Positions 17,037 to 24,000 of a stretch of DNA of 24,000 bases are shown here, one piece after another. This DNA comes from Dehalococcoidia bacterium (GTDB lineage: Bacteria > Chloroflexota > Dehalococcoidia > Dehalococcoidales > UBA2162): contig DUFA01000132.1 of NCBI GenBank assembly GCA_011191975.1, positions 63,426 through 87,425 of the forward strand, in the 5' to 3' direction. The first letter of the stretch is position 1, and each line of letters opens with the position of its first letter. The position numbers and the translations under genes were made by a program. The notes beneath the pieces are model-generated. The model had not been told where the DNA came from and did no database searches. It saw nothing but the letters and a program-made list of their open reading frames with translations.

Positions 17037-18080
17037 TCATAAAAAAGAGGGAACATCGAGTTCATCATCGGTTTTCAAACTCTTAAGAAAATGCTCAAGT
17101 TCCTTTGCATTGTCTGCACCAGTCATTTCCTTCACAGAGGTAAAACCTGTAGCGATCAAGGTTAGGCGAACTTCGTTCCCCATATCAGAATCAAGCACAA
17201 CTCCGAATATCACATTAGCCTGTGGATGAACAATTTTCCGGATAACTTCTGCTGCATTATTTACTTCGAACAAAGTTAGATCGTTGCCGGCAATATTGAA
17301 TAACACTCCTTTTGCTCCTTCAACGGAAACATCCAACAAAGGGCTGGCTAACGCCTGCCTAGCAGCATCTACAGCGCGATGTTGTCCGGAACCTCGACCG
17401 ATAGACATCCATGCTGGTCCTGCATCTTTCATAATCGCACGAACATCAGCAAAATCAAGGTTTATTAATCCGGGTACAGTAATTACCTCGGAAATGGCCT
17501 GCACCCCATGAAAAAGTACCTCATCAGCCAACTTGAATGCGTAATCGACACTTGTCTTCTTATCGCAGAGATTCAGCAAACGGTCATTAGGGATAATGAT
17601 CAAAGTATCTACTCTACTCATCAGGTTCATGATTCCCTTTTTTGCCACCTTATTGCGATGAACTCCCTCAAAGCTGAAAGGCCTGGTCACAACACCGATA
17701 GTTAACGCACCACTCCGTTTAGCAATTTCAGCTACTATTGCTGCGGATCCGGTACCGGTTCCTCCTCCCATACCAGCAGTAACGAATACCATGTCAGCCC
17801 CAGTAATCGCGTGTATAATTTCATTGCGACTTTCTTCAGCTGCCTTTTGACCTAAAATATGGTCTCCACCAACACCAAGACCACGCGTGGTGCGTTCGCC
17901 AAGTTGAATACGTAACGCCGCTTCTGAAATTTCCAGATGCTGGGCATCAGTATTCATAGCAATAAATTCGATGCCCTTAATTTGCTCTCGAACCATATGG
18001 GTCACCGCGTTACAACCTGCGCCGCCAAGACCAATTACTTTTATCTTGGCCGGACTGGGAACATAACTTGTTTTCGACAT
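17037..18080 (-). CDS. ftsZ: Cell division GTPase FtsZ
   Basis: It carries [14 protein letters not shown], the tubulin signature [22 protein letters not shown] and the C-terminal peptide [19 protein letters not shown] lies 6 nt before the ATG. The C-terminal linker is short (347 aa total). Confidence 0.97.
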   Translation of the reverse strand: MSKTSYVPSPAKIKVIGLGGAGCNAVTHMVREQIKGIEFIAMNTDAQHLEISEAALRIQLGERTTRGLGVGGDHILGQKAAEESRNEIIHAITGADMVFVTAGMGGGTGTGSAAIVAEIAKRSGALTIGVVTRPFSFEGVHRNKVAKKGIMNLMSRVDTLIIIPNDRLLNLCDKKTSVDYAFKLADEVLFHGVQAISEVITVPGLINLDFADVRAIMKDAGPAWMSIGRGSGQHRAVDAARQALASPLLDVSVEGAKGVLFNIAGNDLTLFEVNNAAEVIRKIVHPQANVIFGVVLDSDMGNEVRLTLIATGFTSVKEMTGADNAKELEHFLKSLKTDDELDVPSFL

Positions 18081-18233
18081 ATCTTTCCTCCCTGAGTGGT
18101 ATTAACGTTAAACCTCATCATGAAGTAATGTATTCATTTTTCATGTTTTATACGAAATAGCGGGAGTGTCACTCTATCTTTGAGGTGTAACTCTCCCGCC
18201 TGGACATGAACATCTCGGGGAAATGCGGATAAT

Positions 18234-18335
18234 CTACTTCTTAATCGACTTACCTGGTTTACTTCCCGGTTTAGCCGGTCCACTTCCTGGTTTGGCAGGG
18301 CCGGCACCTGGCTTTGCCGTCTGTCGCGGTTTCAT
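18234..18335 (-). CDS. Candidate 33-aa Lys/Pro/Gly-repeat micro-protein (speculative)
   Basis: My hand translation reads MKPRQTAKPGAGPAKPGSGPAKPGSKPGKSIKK*. AAAGGAGG lies upstream, but the 15-nt spacing is long. It is a GC-rich island within an AT-rich spacer. Confidence 0.35.
   Translation of the reverse strand: MKPRQTAKPGAGPAKPGSGPAKPGSKPGKSIKK
18261..18302. repeat. Two tandem 21-bp repeat units (17/21 identical) with degenerate flanking copies
   Basis: The units are ACTTCCCGGTTTAGCCGGTCC (18261-18281) and ACTTCCTGGTTTGGCAGGGCC (18282-18302). CCTGGTTT/CCTGGCTTT cores recur at 18253-18260 and 18307-18315. Confidence 0.7.
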
Positions 18336-18563
18336 AGAGATCTCAGTTCGCCTCCTTTAATTTCTTATGCCAATTGCTAAAGTAGACTTTTGTTTTTTCG
18401 CTTTAGGGTAATCATTAATACAATGCTCCAACCACTTGTGTTTCTTCTTAACAGTAGAGACTTACTTTTCCTTATCTTCTTTATTAACCAAAAGGTGCTA
18501 AATCTGAGGATTGTATTAACTATAAATCTATGCTATAAATTAGCCACACAACGTAATATATTA

Positions 18564-18622
18564 CATGAATTATGAATCGTGATATATTAATCATGAATAC
18601 CCTATCACTATGAAGCATGAAT
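18564..18622 (+). promoter_or_regulatory. Array of five (C/T)ATGAA(T/G) heptamers upstream of the HTH regulator gene
   Basis: The heptamers are CATGAAT 18564-18570, TATGAAT 18571-18577, CATGAAT 18592-18598, TATGAAG 18609-18615 and CATGAAT 18616-18622. They lie 52-110 nt upstream of the ATG at 18674. Confidence 0.4.
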
Positions 18623-18673
18623 GTCAATAGGATTTTTATGCTTTGAGGAATCAATAATAGGAGTGTTTATATT

Positions 18674-18976
18674 ATGCCAGAATGGACATTTCTCACCAAT
18701 CACGCCCTTGTCCTCAGTTTTCTTGCTAGACATCCTCGAATCACTGCTCGGGAACTTTCTGCGGTCATAGGTGTCACCGAGAGAGCGGTACGCAGGTTTA
18801 TCGCCGATTTACAGGATGCTGGATATATCTCAAAGAAAAGAGTAGGCAGAGGTGTCAGATATGATATAAATCCCGACCTGCCACTCCGTCACGAAACCTA
18901 TCGGGAAATGGCAATCGGTGATTTCCTTAAAGCCCTTGGATGGAAAAAGAGAAAGAAGCACCCTCCAACTTCCTAA
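18674..18976 (+). CDS. Winged-helix HTH transcriptional regulator (WTFLTNHA-type)
   Basis: The 100-aa product begins MPEWTFLTNHALVLSFLARHPRITARELSAVIGVTERAVRRFIADLQDAGYISKKRVGRGVRY, a classic HTH plus wing, followed by the conserved PLRH. Confidence 0.8.
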   Translation: MPEWTFLTNHALVLSFLARHPRITARELSAVIGVTERAVRRFIADLQDAGYISKKRVGRGVRYDINPDLPLRHETYREMAIGDFLKALGWKKRKKHPPTS

Positions 18977-19182
18977 AATAAATTCAATAGAACAAGGGTG
19001 GAAGGAATTAATATTATAATACTCACATCAAGGTAAATGCTTTATCCAGGAGATTCATAATTAATTACGATAAACAACTAACAATAACCGATGGCAGAAT
19101 AACTCTGCGTCCTCTGAGTGCTGAAGACATCAATGAGTATCATGCCGCCATTATCGAATCGTTACCGGATCTGATTCCGTGG

Positions 19183-19611
19183 ATGTCATATCATGAGAAC
19201 CATTCTATTCAGGACACAAGAAAAGAACTGGCACAATGCAGAGAGAGATGGGAAACTGATGATAGTTACAGCTTCGTTGTTACGGATTCGATCGATGGTA
19301 AAATTCTTGGTTACTGCACTCTTAACAGGATAGATAAACAAAATCACGTCGCCAATCTCGGTTACTGGATTAGATCAAATCATGCCGGTAAAGGTATAGC
19401 ATCAAACGCTATGGCTTTACTGGTAAAATGGGCTCTTGACTCATGCGGATTCCACCGTATCGAACTCAGCATCGCACAGCAGAACGAACGGAGTTTACGT
19501 GTTGCAGAAAAAGCAGGAGCACATCGGGAGGGGATCCTGCGGAACAAATTCACCATTAATAATGAATCGCATGATGTCGTGATTTTTTCCTTCATACCAG
19601 GTGATATCTAA
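19183..19611 (+). CDS. GNAT N-acetyltransferase, RimJ/RimL-like (true start probably upstream near 19060, see findings)
   Basis: It carries ANLGYWIRSNHAGKGIASNAMALLVKWA, HRIELSIAQQNERSLRVAEKAGAHREGILR. Coordinates use the first canonical ATG. The homologous N-terminal region (ITLRPLSAEDINEY) is encoded in frame upstream. Confidence 0.85.
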   Translation: MSYHENHSIQDTRKELAQCRERWETDDSYSFVVTDSIDGKILGYCTLNRIDKQNHVANLGYWIRSNHAGKGIASNAMALLVKWALDSCGFHRIELSIAQQNERSLRVAEKAGAHREGILRNKFTINNESHDVVIFSFIPGDI

Positions 19612-19937
19612 CTCCCGGGCAGTTCCTCCAGCGCCTGTTTCATTTTGTCCCGGTAGTTATGAAACGCTTTACGACCTTCCTCAGTCATCTGGAGCATCGT
19701 ATGAGGTTTCTTATCCAGGAAATCCTTTACCATAGCAACGTACCCCACCGATTCAAGTTTGCTGAGATGCGAGGAAAGGTTTCCCCAGGTAAGACCGGTC
19801 TGTCTTTGCAGGAATATCGCATCGGCACTCTCGGCAACTGACAAATATGCCATAATCAGATACCGAGCAGGCTCATGAATAATCCGGTCTATTTCTGTAA
19901 TATAATTATCATGGTTTTCGGAATCAGGAGATAACAT
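19608..19937 (-). CDS. Winged-helix transcriptional regulator (HTH_34-like)
   Basis: It carries IHEPARYLIMAYL...FLQRQTGLTWGNLSSHLSKLESVGYVAMVKDF..KKPHTMLQMTEEGRKAF. It overlaps the upstream membrane-protein gene by 14 nt and the convergent GNAT gene by 4 nt. Confidence 0.85.
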   Translation of the reverse strand: MLSPDSENHDNYITEIDRIIHEPARYLIMAYLSVAESADAIFLQRQTGLTWGNLSSHLSKLESVGYVAMVKDFLDKKPHTMLQMTEEGRKAFHNYRDKMKQALEELPGS

Positions 19938-20523
19938 CCTGTTCCTCCCGATTCGGTTTCGGGTATTTACGCAGGAATCCGATTAAAAGCACGATTCCGT
20001 ACATACTGAAAACCCCTCCGGGGATGAAGAAGCCCAGTTCAAGCGGCATCTTCAGCCACTGCTGAGCTACTGCACCAGCAAAAACGATCATTGCATAAAT
20101 ATACCATCGCGTCACCCTCCACCAGTATCCCAGGATCCCTACAACCACTGCAATCATAGTAATCAAGAGAAACATGAAATAATCATCCAGCCATGCGGGA
20201 CGTGTATTGAATGCGAAAATCCCAAGCACAGCAAATCCTAGTAAGAACAAACCTGCTCCCAGGATAACCATTCTCATCTGTTGTTTTCTCGCTTCGTTAA
20301 GCTTTATATATCCTGATCTTGGATAAACAACCATGCGTTTTATGGCGAGGACTGTAAAATAAATGGCCACCCACATACCACCCATAACGGCTACCAGGTC
20401 CTGCCAAATTGAAATCCCCCATCCTATGAGGTATATACCGAGTAGGATATCCCATAATCCATCTTGGAAATAGGACATATACACCTTCTTCGTAATCTGT
20501 TTTAGATCGACGTTCTCCTGCAT
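19924..20523 (-). CDS. Integral membrane protein, about 5-6 TM helices, unknown function
   Basis: The 199-aa product has successive hydrophobic stretches (LWDILLGIYLIGWGISIW, MWVAIYFTVLAI, VILGAGLFLLGFAVLGIFAF, FMFLLITMIAVVVGILGYWW, IYAMIVFAGAV, FFIPGGVFSMYGIVLLIGFL). It is the first gene of a two-gene operon with the regulator. Confidence 0.75.
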   Translation of the reverse strand: MQENVDLKQITKKVYMSYFQDGLWDILLGIYLIGWGISIWQDLVAVMGGMWVAIYFTVLAIKRMVVYPRSGYIKLNEARKQQMRMVILGAGLFLLGFAVLGIFAFNTRPAWLDDYFMFLLITMIAVVVGILGYWWRVTRWYIYAMIVFAGAVAQQWLKMPLELGFFIPGGVFSMYGIVLLIGFLRKYPKPNREEQDVIS

Positions 20524-20548
20524 AAAAGACCACCATTCCTGTTTTATT

Positions 20549-20605
20549 TACTTTGTATTACAAAGTACTTTGCACTATCTTATTACGAAAATGGGTGTTT
20601 GTCAA
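20549..20605 (-). promoter_or_regulatory. Promoter (-35 TTGACA / -10 TAAGAT) with overlapping palindromic operator
   Basis: On the minus strand, TTGACA (20605-20600) is followed by a 17-nt spacer and TAAGAT (20582-20577). Immediately downstream are a 12-bp palindrome CAAAGTACTTTG (20561-20572) and a 19-bp palindrome TACTTTGTATTACAAAGTA (20549-20567), which share a half-site. Confidence 0.5.
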
Positions 20606-20744
20606 GAGAATTTTGGAAATCTTAATTCTTAAAATGTTAGTCCGTATGATATGTCATACCCGTCCGCCACAGTCAGATGGATATGATAAAAAAGAGGAGT
20701 TATCTCAGATTCTAATGTAAAAACAAATACGGAAACTGGAAATG

Positions 20745-21248
20745 TCACTGATAATTGATTGTAAACTCACAATGATCAGCACTCTCCGGTATCGTCATTA
20801 TCTTCTCTATCTCAACTTGCTTATCAAAGACAGAAGAAAAAAGCTGTTCATACCAACCTGCGGAGCAGTAACAGTAAAGAGGAGATAATCCTTTCAACTT
20901 ATTCACGAGACCACAGTAGCACTGATCATAGATTCCGATTATTTTCCTGTTTCCGAGATGCAGTTGCCCCCCACCGATACGCGTCTTATTCAACTCATTA
21001 AGAAAGTCCTCGATACCGTCGGACTTCTCATAAATGGTTTTCGTGTGGGTAATATAACTTTTAGGAATACATTGACGACCACAGGACTTCATGATTCGAG
21101 CGACCAATTCCTCATCGCAGGTTCTCTCCAGTTCAGACAAGATACCCTTGACATCTGTTTCCTCGCAGTTTTTTCTTACAATCTTATGGATATCACTACC
21201 TGCGTTCTCATCGATACTCTTGAATATCCTTTCGATTTTAGTTGGCAT
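20745..21248 (-). CDS. Cysteine-rich hypothetical protein (9 Cys; two CYC pairs, CGRQC)
   Basis: The 167-aa product carries KSCGRQC, DQCYCG, LYCYCSAGW and a C-terminal SADHCEFTI. It starts 6 nt after the HD gene. No family was confidently recognised. Confidence 0.72.
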   Translation of the reverse strand: MPTKIERIFKSIDENAGSDIHKIVRKNCEETDVKGILSELERTCDEELVARIMKSCGRQCIPKSYITHTKTIYEKSDGIEDFLNELNKTRIGGGQLHLGNRKIIGIYDQCYCGLVNKLKGLSPLYCYCSAGWYEQLFSSVFDKQVEIEKIMTIPESADHCEFTINYQ

Positions 21249-21254
21249 GAGTCT

Positions 21255-21851
21255 TCATTCCTTTGCACTTTCTATGAGTTTCTTTCGCTCTTTGAGTTCT
21301 TGCCGGGCTATTTTCTTGGCCGATTTCGAGTAAATATAGTTTGAATCTTTCAGGTCTTTTTCCAGTCGTTTACACCGCTCCTCCAGCACGGACTTGCTTC
21401 GATTCGTATCTACCTTGAAACCTTCAGGCGAAAACCTCCAAAGCTTATCAGCATCTCTAACCAACCCTTCTTCCCTGGAAATAAATCCTTTTCTCGTATC
21501 GTGCTGGGAGATTATCTCGAGGATCTCGGGTATGAGTTCGGAAGGATAATGCAGTTCCTTTAGAATTTTTTCTCCCAGTTTTACACTCTCTGCCTGGTGT
21601 TCATCTCTTACCGCTTCCCTGTCTTCTTTCTTGGCATCTTTGTCGAAAATCAGCATTCGTCTCTCACGAGGTATCTGACTGTATCCGACATCATGCAGCA
21701 TAATCGCCGGTATCACGATATCTTCATTCCCGTCTTCCATTTTTACCAGTTCTTTCGCGTATTTCAGCGTAATCCTGGCATGACCATCATCATTTCTCTG
21801 GTCCTGGTACGGTAACGCCGTTTCCCATATTTTCTCGAATATTTCTTTCAT
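21255..21851 (-). CDS. HD-domain metal-dependent phosphohydrolase
   Basis: The H...HD signature is present (GHARITLKYAKEL ... IMLHDVGY ... ISQHD). I prefer the ATG at 21851 (MKEIFEKIW, GGAG 10 nt upstream) over the track start at 21920. Confidence 0.8.
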   Translation of the reverse strand: MKEIFEKIWETALPYQDQRNDDGHARITLKYAKELVKMEDGNEDIVIPAIMLHDVGYSQIPRERRMLIFDKDAKKEDREAVRDEHQAESVKLGEKILKELHYPSELIPEILEIISQHDTRKGFISREEGLVRDADKLWRFSPEGFKVDTNRSKSVLEERCKRLEKDLKDSNYIYSKSAKKIARQELKERKKLIESAKE

Positions 21852-21979
21852 ATTCTCGCTTCTCCACAACAGGATTATGTCAGTATAGACGAAATCTACC
21901 TTGGATACCAGACAAAGCACGATGTAACGTCACTCATGGTGTACACTCTACTCGTCGCCCGGAAACCGGTGTAATTGTA

Positions 21980-22780
21980 CTATTTCCAGGCAAGAATCGC
22001 CTCTGTATCACCTTCGCTCCTGAATCCGCCCGGTGATTCCAGTCGTGCCAGGTCTTGGCGTAATTCACTCTCGAAAGCGTCCTTCTTGTCTCCCAGAACA
22101 GACGGATTTGCCATCGAGGTAGAGTAAAGCTTGCCGATTAATTCATCTGGTGTAAAAGATCGCACCCGGTGTTGCTTCCATGTTTCTGTCTTAGTGAATG
22201 ATGATGCGGTAATGATTAATTCGTGCTTTATCGGCGCCACTTTATAGGTACCAGAACCCGCCCGTCTCTCTTCGCCAAGATACTTCCTTATCAGTTCCCT
22301 GACTGTTGTCAACCATTCGTATGACCGATACGTCCAGATACTGGTGTTCCATGCTATAGCAATGCCACCATCATCGGAAATTATCTCATGCAGTTTGTCA
22401 AGCGTCTTTTCTCTGTCCATCCAGTGAAAGGCAGTACCAATCGTCACCAGCTTAAACTCGCCTAATTTATTTTTTAATAACGGCAAATCTTCCGAACCGC
22501 CCTCTATCCATTTGATATTGCTAACTCCACTCGCTACTGCCTGCTCTTTACCTTCAGCAACCATTGCCGGTTCCGGGTCCATGGCAACCACTTCCTTAAC
22601 CATTCCCGCCATTGGAATAGCTATCTGTCCTGTGCCGCAGCCCAGGTCCAGAATCCGGTCATTTTCCGAAAGACTGAATTTACTCCTCAGCAACTCGAAA
22701 AACTCTTCAGGATACCCTTCTCGAAAGCGGGCATAATACCAGGCGGTACCTTTAAATGTATCTTTGTAATGAGATGACAC
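21980..22780 (-). CDS. Class I SAM-dependent methyltransferase
   Basis: Motif I is ILDLGCGTGQIAIPMA, followed by AMDPEPAMV and the post-II FHWMD. Confidence 0.85.
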   Translation of the reverse strand: MSSHYKDTFKGTAWYYARFREGYPEEFFELLRSKFSLSENDRILDLGCGTGQIAIPMAGMVKEVVAMDPEPAMVAEGKEQAVASGVSNIKWIEGGSEDLPLLKNKLGEFKLVTIGTAFHWMDREKTLDKLHEIISDDGGIAIAWNTSIWTYRSYEWLTTVRELIRKYLGEERRAGSGTYKVAPIKHELIITASSFTKTETWKQHRVRSFTPDELIGKLYSTSMANPSVLGDKKDAFESELRQDLARLESPGGFRSEGDTEAILAWK

Positions 22781-22806
22781 CTTAATACACCTAATCCGAT
22801 GATTTT

Positions 22807-24000
22807 TTATAGAGAATTCACAGCAGTCTCTATCCTTATTAAGGCTTCTTCAAGAATAGAACGGGGACAGGCGATATTCATTCTCTGAAATCCGCTGCCG
22901 GACTCTCCGAAGGTATAGCCGTCATTCAAACCGACTTTTGCTTTTTCTCTCATAAATGTTCTCAATGACTCATTATCGAGTCCGAGTGCCCGGAAATCCA
23001 ACCAGAGTAAATAGGTACCCTGATGTTCCGTTACTTTTATTTGCGGAATTCTCTCCTCGATAAAAGCCTTCACAAGATTCAAGTTTCCCTGAAGGTAGTC
23101 CAAGACCTGTTCAAGCCATTCATCGCCATACCGGTATCCAGCCTCAAGTGCTACATAACCGAAAAGATTTGGATTCGGTAGTATTCCAGCCCGTGTGCTG
23201 GTAAACTCATCGCGGAGTTTCTTGTTCGGTATGATGATCGAGGATATTTCCAGTCCAGGGAGATTGAATGTCTTGCTGGGTGACATGCAGGTAATGGAAT
23301 TCTGCGTAAATTCTTCCGAAATAGATGCGAAGGGAGTATGTTTATATCCTTTCATAAGAATTTCACAGTGTATCTCATCCGCTATCACCACGCCGCCATT
23401 GCCGATGACGATTTCTCCCATCCTGGCAACTTCATCACGTGTCCAGAGTCTGCCAATTGGATTATGAGGATTACAGAAAATGATCGCTTTATTCCGGTTT
23501 GGACCACGTGCACCGGGCTGTACAGAGAATTTAGTTTCCAGGTTATCATAGTCCATTTCGTACCGGTTCCCGACTGGTTTCACCTGGTTGTTTTCTATAT
23601 GGCAGCCGGATGAATTTACTACTGAAAAAAACGGAAAATAGGCAGGCTCCTGGAGTACGATCCCATCACCGGGATGTGAGACTGCCCTTACCGCAACATT
23701 CAACGCAGGGATAACGCCCGGCGTATAGACAACCCATTCAGGATCGATCTCCCAGTTGAACTTTTTCCGCATCCTTTCCACGACCGATCCTGTTACGCCT
23801 GCATCAGGGAAGGTATATCCATAAAAGGGGTGTTCCGCCCTTTCCCTGAGGGCTTCAAGTATAGGCTGAGCCACCGGAAAATCCATGTCAGCAACCCACA
23901 TCGGTATCACATCATCACTGCCGAATACCCTCCCAAGACTGCCCCACTTGGCAGAATCGGTGTTCTTCCTGTCCCAGATATGGTCGAAATCATATTTCAT
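22807..24000 (-). CDS. PLP-dependent C-S lyase / cystathionine beta-lyase, MalY/PatB family (aminotransferase class I/II fold)
   Basis: The N-terminus DRKNTDSAKWG, then CNPHNPIGR and the PLP-lysine context SPSKTFNLPGL are present. The ATG occupies the last three bases of the window, so the gene appears complete. Confidence 0.88.
   Translation of the reverse strand: MKYDFDHIWDRKNTDSAKWGSLGRVFGSDDVIPMWVADMDFPVAQPILEALRERAEHPFYGYTFPDAGVTGSVVERMRKKFNWEIDPEWVVYTPGVIPALNVAVRAVSHPGDGIVLQEPAYFPFFSVVNSSGCHIENNQVKPVGNRYEMDYDNLETKFSVQPGARGPNRNKAIIFCNPHNPIGRLWTRDEVARMGEIVIGNGGVVIADEIHCEILMKGYKHTPFASISEEFTQNSITCMSPSKTFNLPGLEISSIIIPNKKLRDEFTSTRAGILPNPNLFGYVALEAGYRYGDEWLEQVLDYLQGNLNLVKAFIEERIPQIKVTEHQGTYLLWLDFRALGLDNESLRTFMREKAKVGLNDGYTFGESGSGFQRMNIACPRSILEEALIRIETAVNSL

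Noticed and set aside
18390-18575. 61-aa plus-strand ORF in the ftsZ upstream spacer
   Set aside because: It is an AT-rich run translating to a Phe/Leu/Ile/Asn-rich product, with no ATG and SD combination. This is what an open frame in AT-rich non-coding DNA looks like.
18674-19611. HTH regulator followed by a GNAT gene, considered as a possible GNAT-toxin/antitoxin pair (TacT/AtaT-like)
   Set aside because: The GNAT looks like the RimJ/RimL housekeeping type (LRPL N-terminus, about 183 aa). The upstream protein is a winged-helix regulator, not an RHH/DUF1778 antitoxin. The genes are separated by about 83 nt, and the GNAT has its own -10 and SD.
21852-21920. 23-codon N-terminal extension of the HD gene (track start at 21920)
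   Set aside because: The extension (MLCLVSKVDFVYTDIILLWRSEN) has no homology-like character. The internal ATG at 21851 gives a typical HD-protein N-terminus and has a GGAG upstream.
1-24000. Whole-window scan for CRISPR arrays, IS elements, transposases, integrases, prophage genes, restriction-modification or other defence systems
   Set aside because: I saw no spaced direct-repeat arrays, terminal inverted repeats or recombinase/nuclease signatures. The three methyltransferases are small-molecule or protein-type class I enzymes with no DNA-methyltransferase motifs (no DPPY/NPPY or PCQ) and no partner nucleases.

Overview
This window is about 89% coding and moderately AT-rich, and it looks like ordinary bacterial chromosome made mostly of housekeeping genes. 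All calls come from reading the translations and the DNA by eye; no database search was run.

Genes recognised by motif:
- uvrC (3' fragment), cysS, ispF, ispD, radA, queF, clpC, rlmN and ftsZ.
- A MalY/PatB-type C-S lyase, three class I SAM methyltransferases, two GNAT acetyltransferases and two winged-helix regulators.
- An ornithine cyclodeaminase (OCD)/mu-crystallin enzyme, a cupin, an alpha/beta hydrolase and an HD phosphohydrolase.
- A few hypothetical proteins.

The gene set clpC, radA, ispD-ispF-cysS matches a scrambled version of the Bacillus clpC-radA-...-ispDF-...-cysS neighbourhood. Together with the regulator types this suggests a Terrabacteria lineage, perhaps Chloroflexota-like, but the lineage is only a guess.

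Features the ORF track does not explain:
1. A stand-alone 5S rRNA gene (minus strand, about 14863-14983) between a GNAT gene and clpC. No 16S or 23S lies within 9 kb, and three spurious track ORFs cover it.
2. A Na+-pump decarboxylase membrane module: an unlisted 53-aa OadG-like ORF, a 73-aa biotin carrier and the beta subunit. No carboxyltransferase subunit is in the window.
3. A GC-rich 33-aa Lys/Pro/Gly-repeat micro-ORF built on 21-bp tandem repeats, inside a 593-bp AT-rich gap upstream of ftsZ.
4. Two genes (rlmN and a RimJ-like GNAT) whose homology clearly runs upstream of the first ATG/GTG/TTG, implying AUU/AUC initiation or sequence errors.
5. A promoter with overlapping palindromes in front of a membrane-protein/regulator operon, and an ATGAAT heptamer array in front of another regulator.

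I see no CRISPR array, transposase, integrase, phage gene or recognisable defence or toxin system, and I cannot support a claim of a large novel system here. The findings are small-scale oddities.
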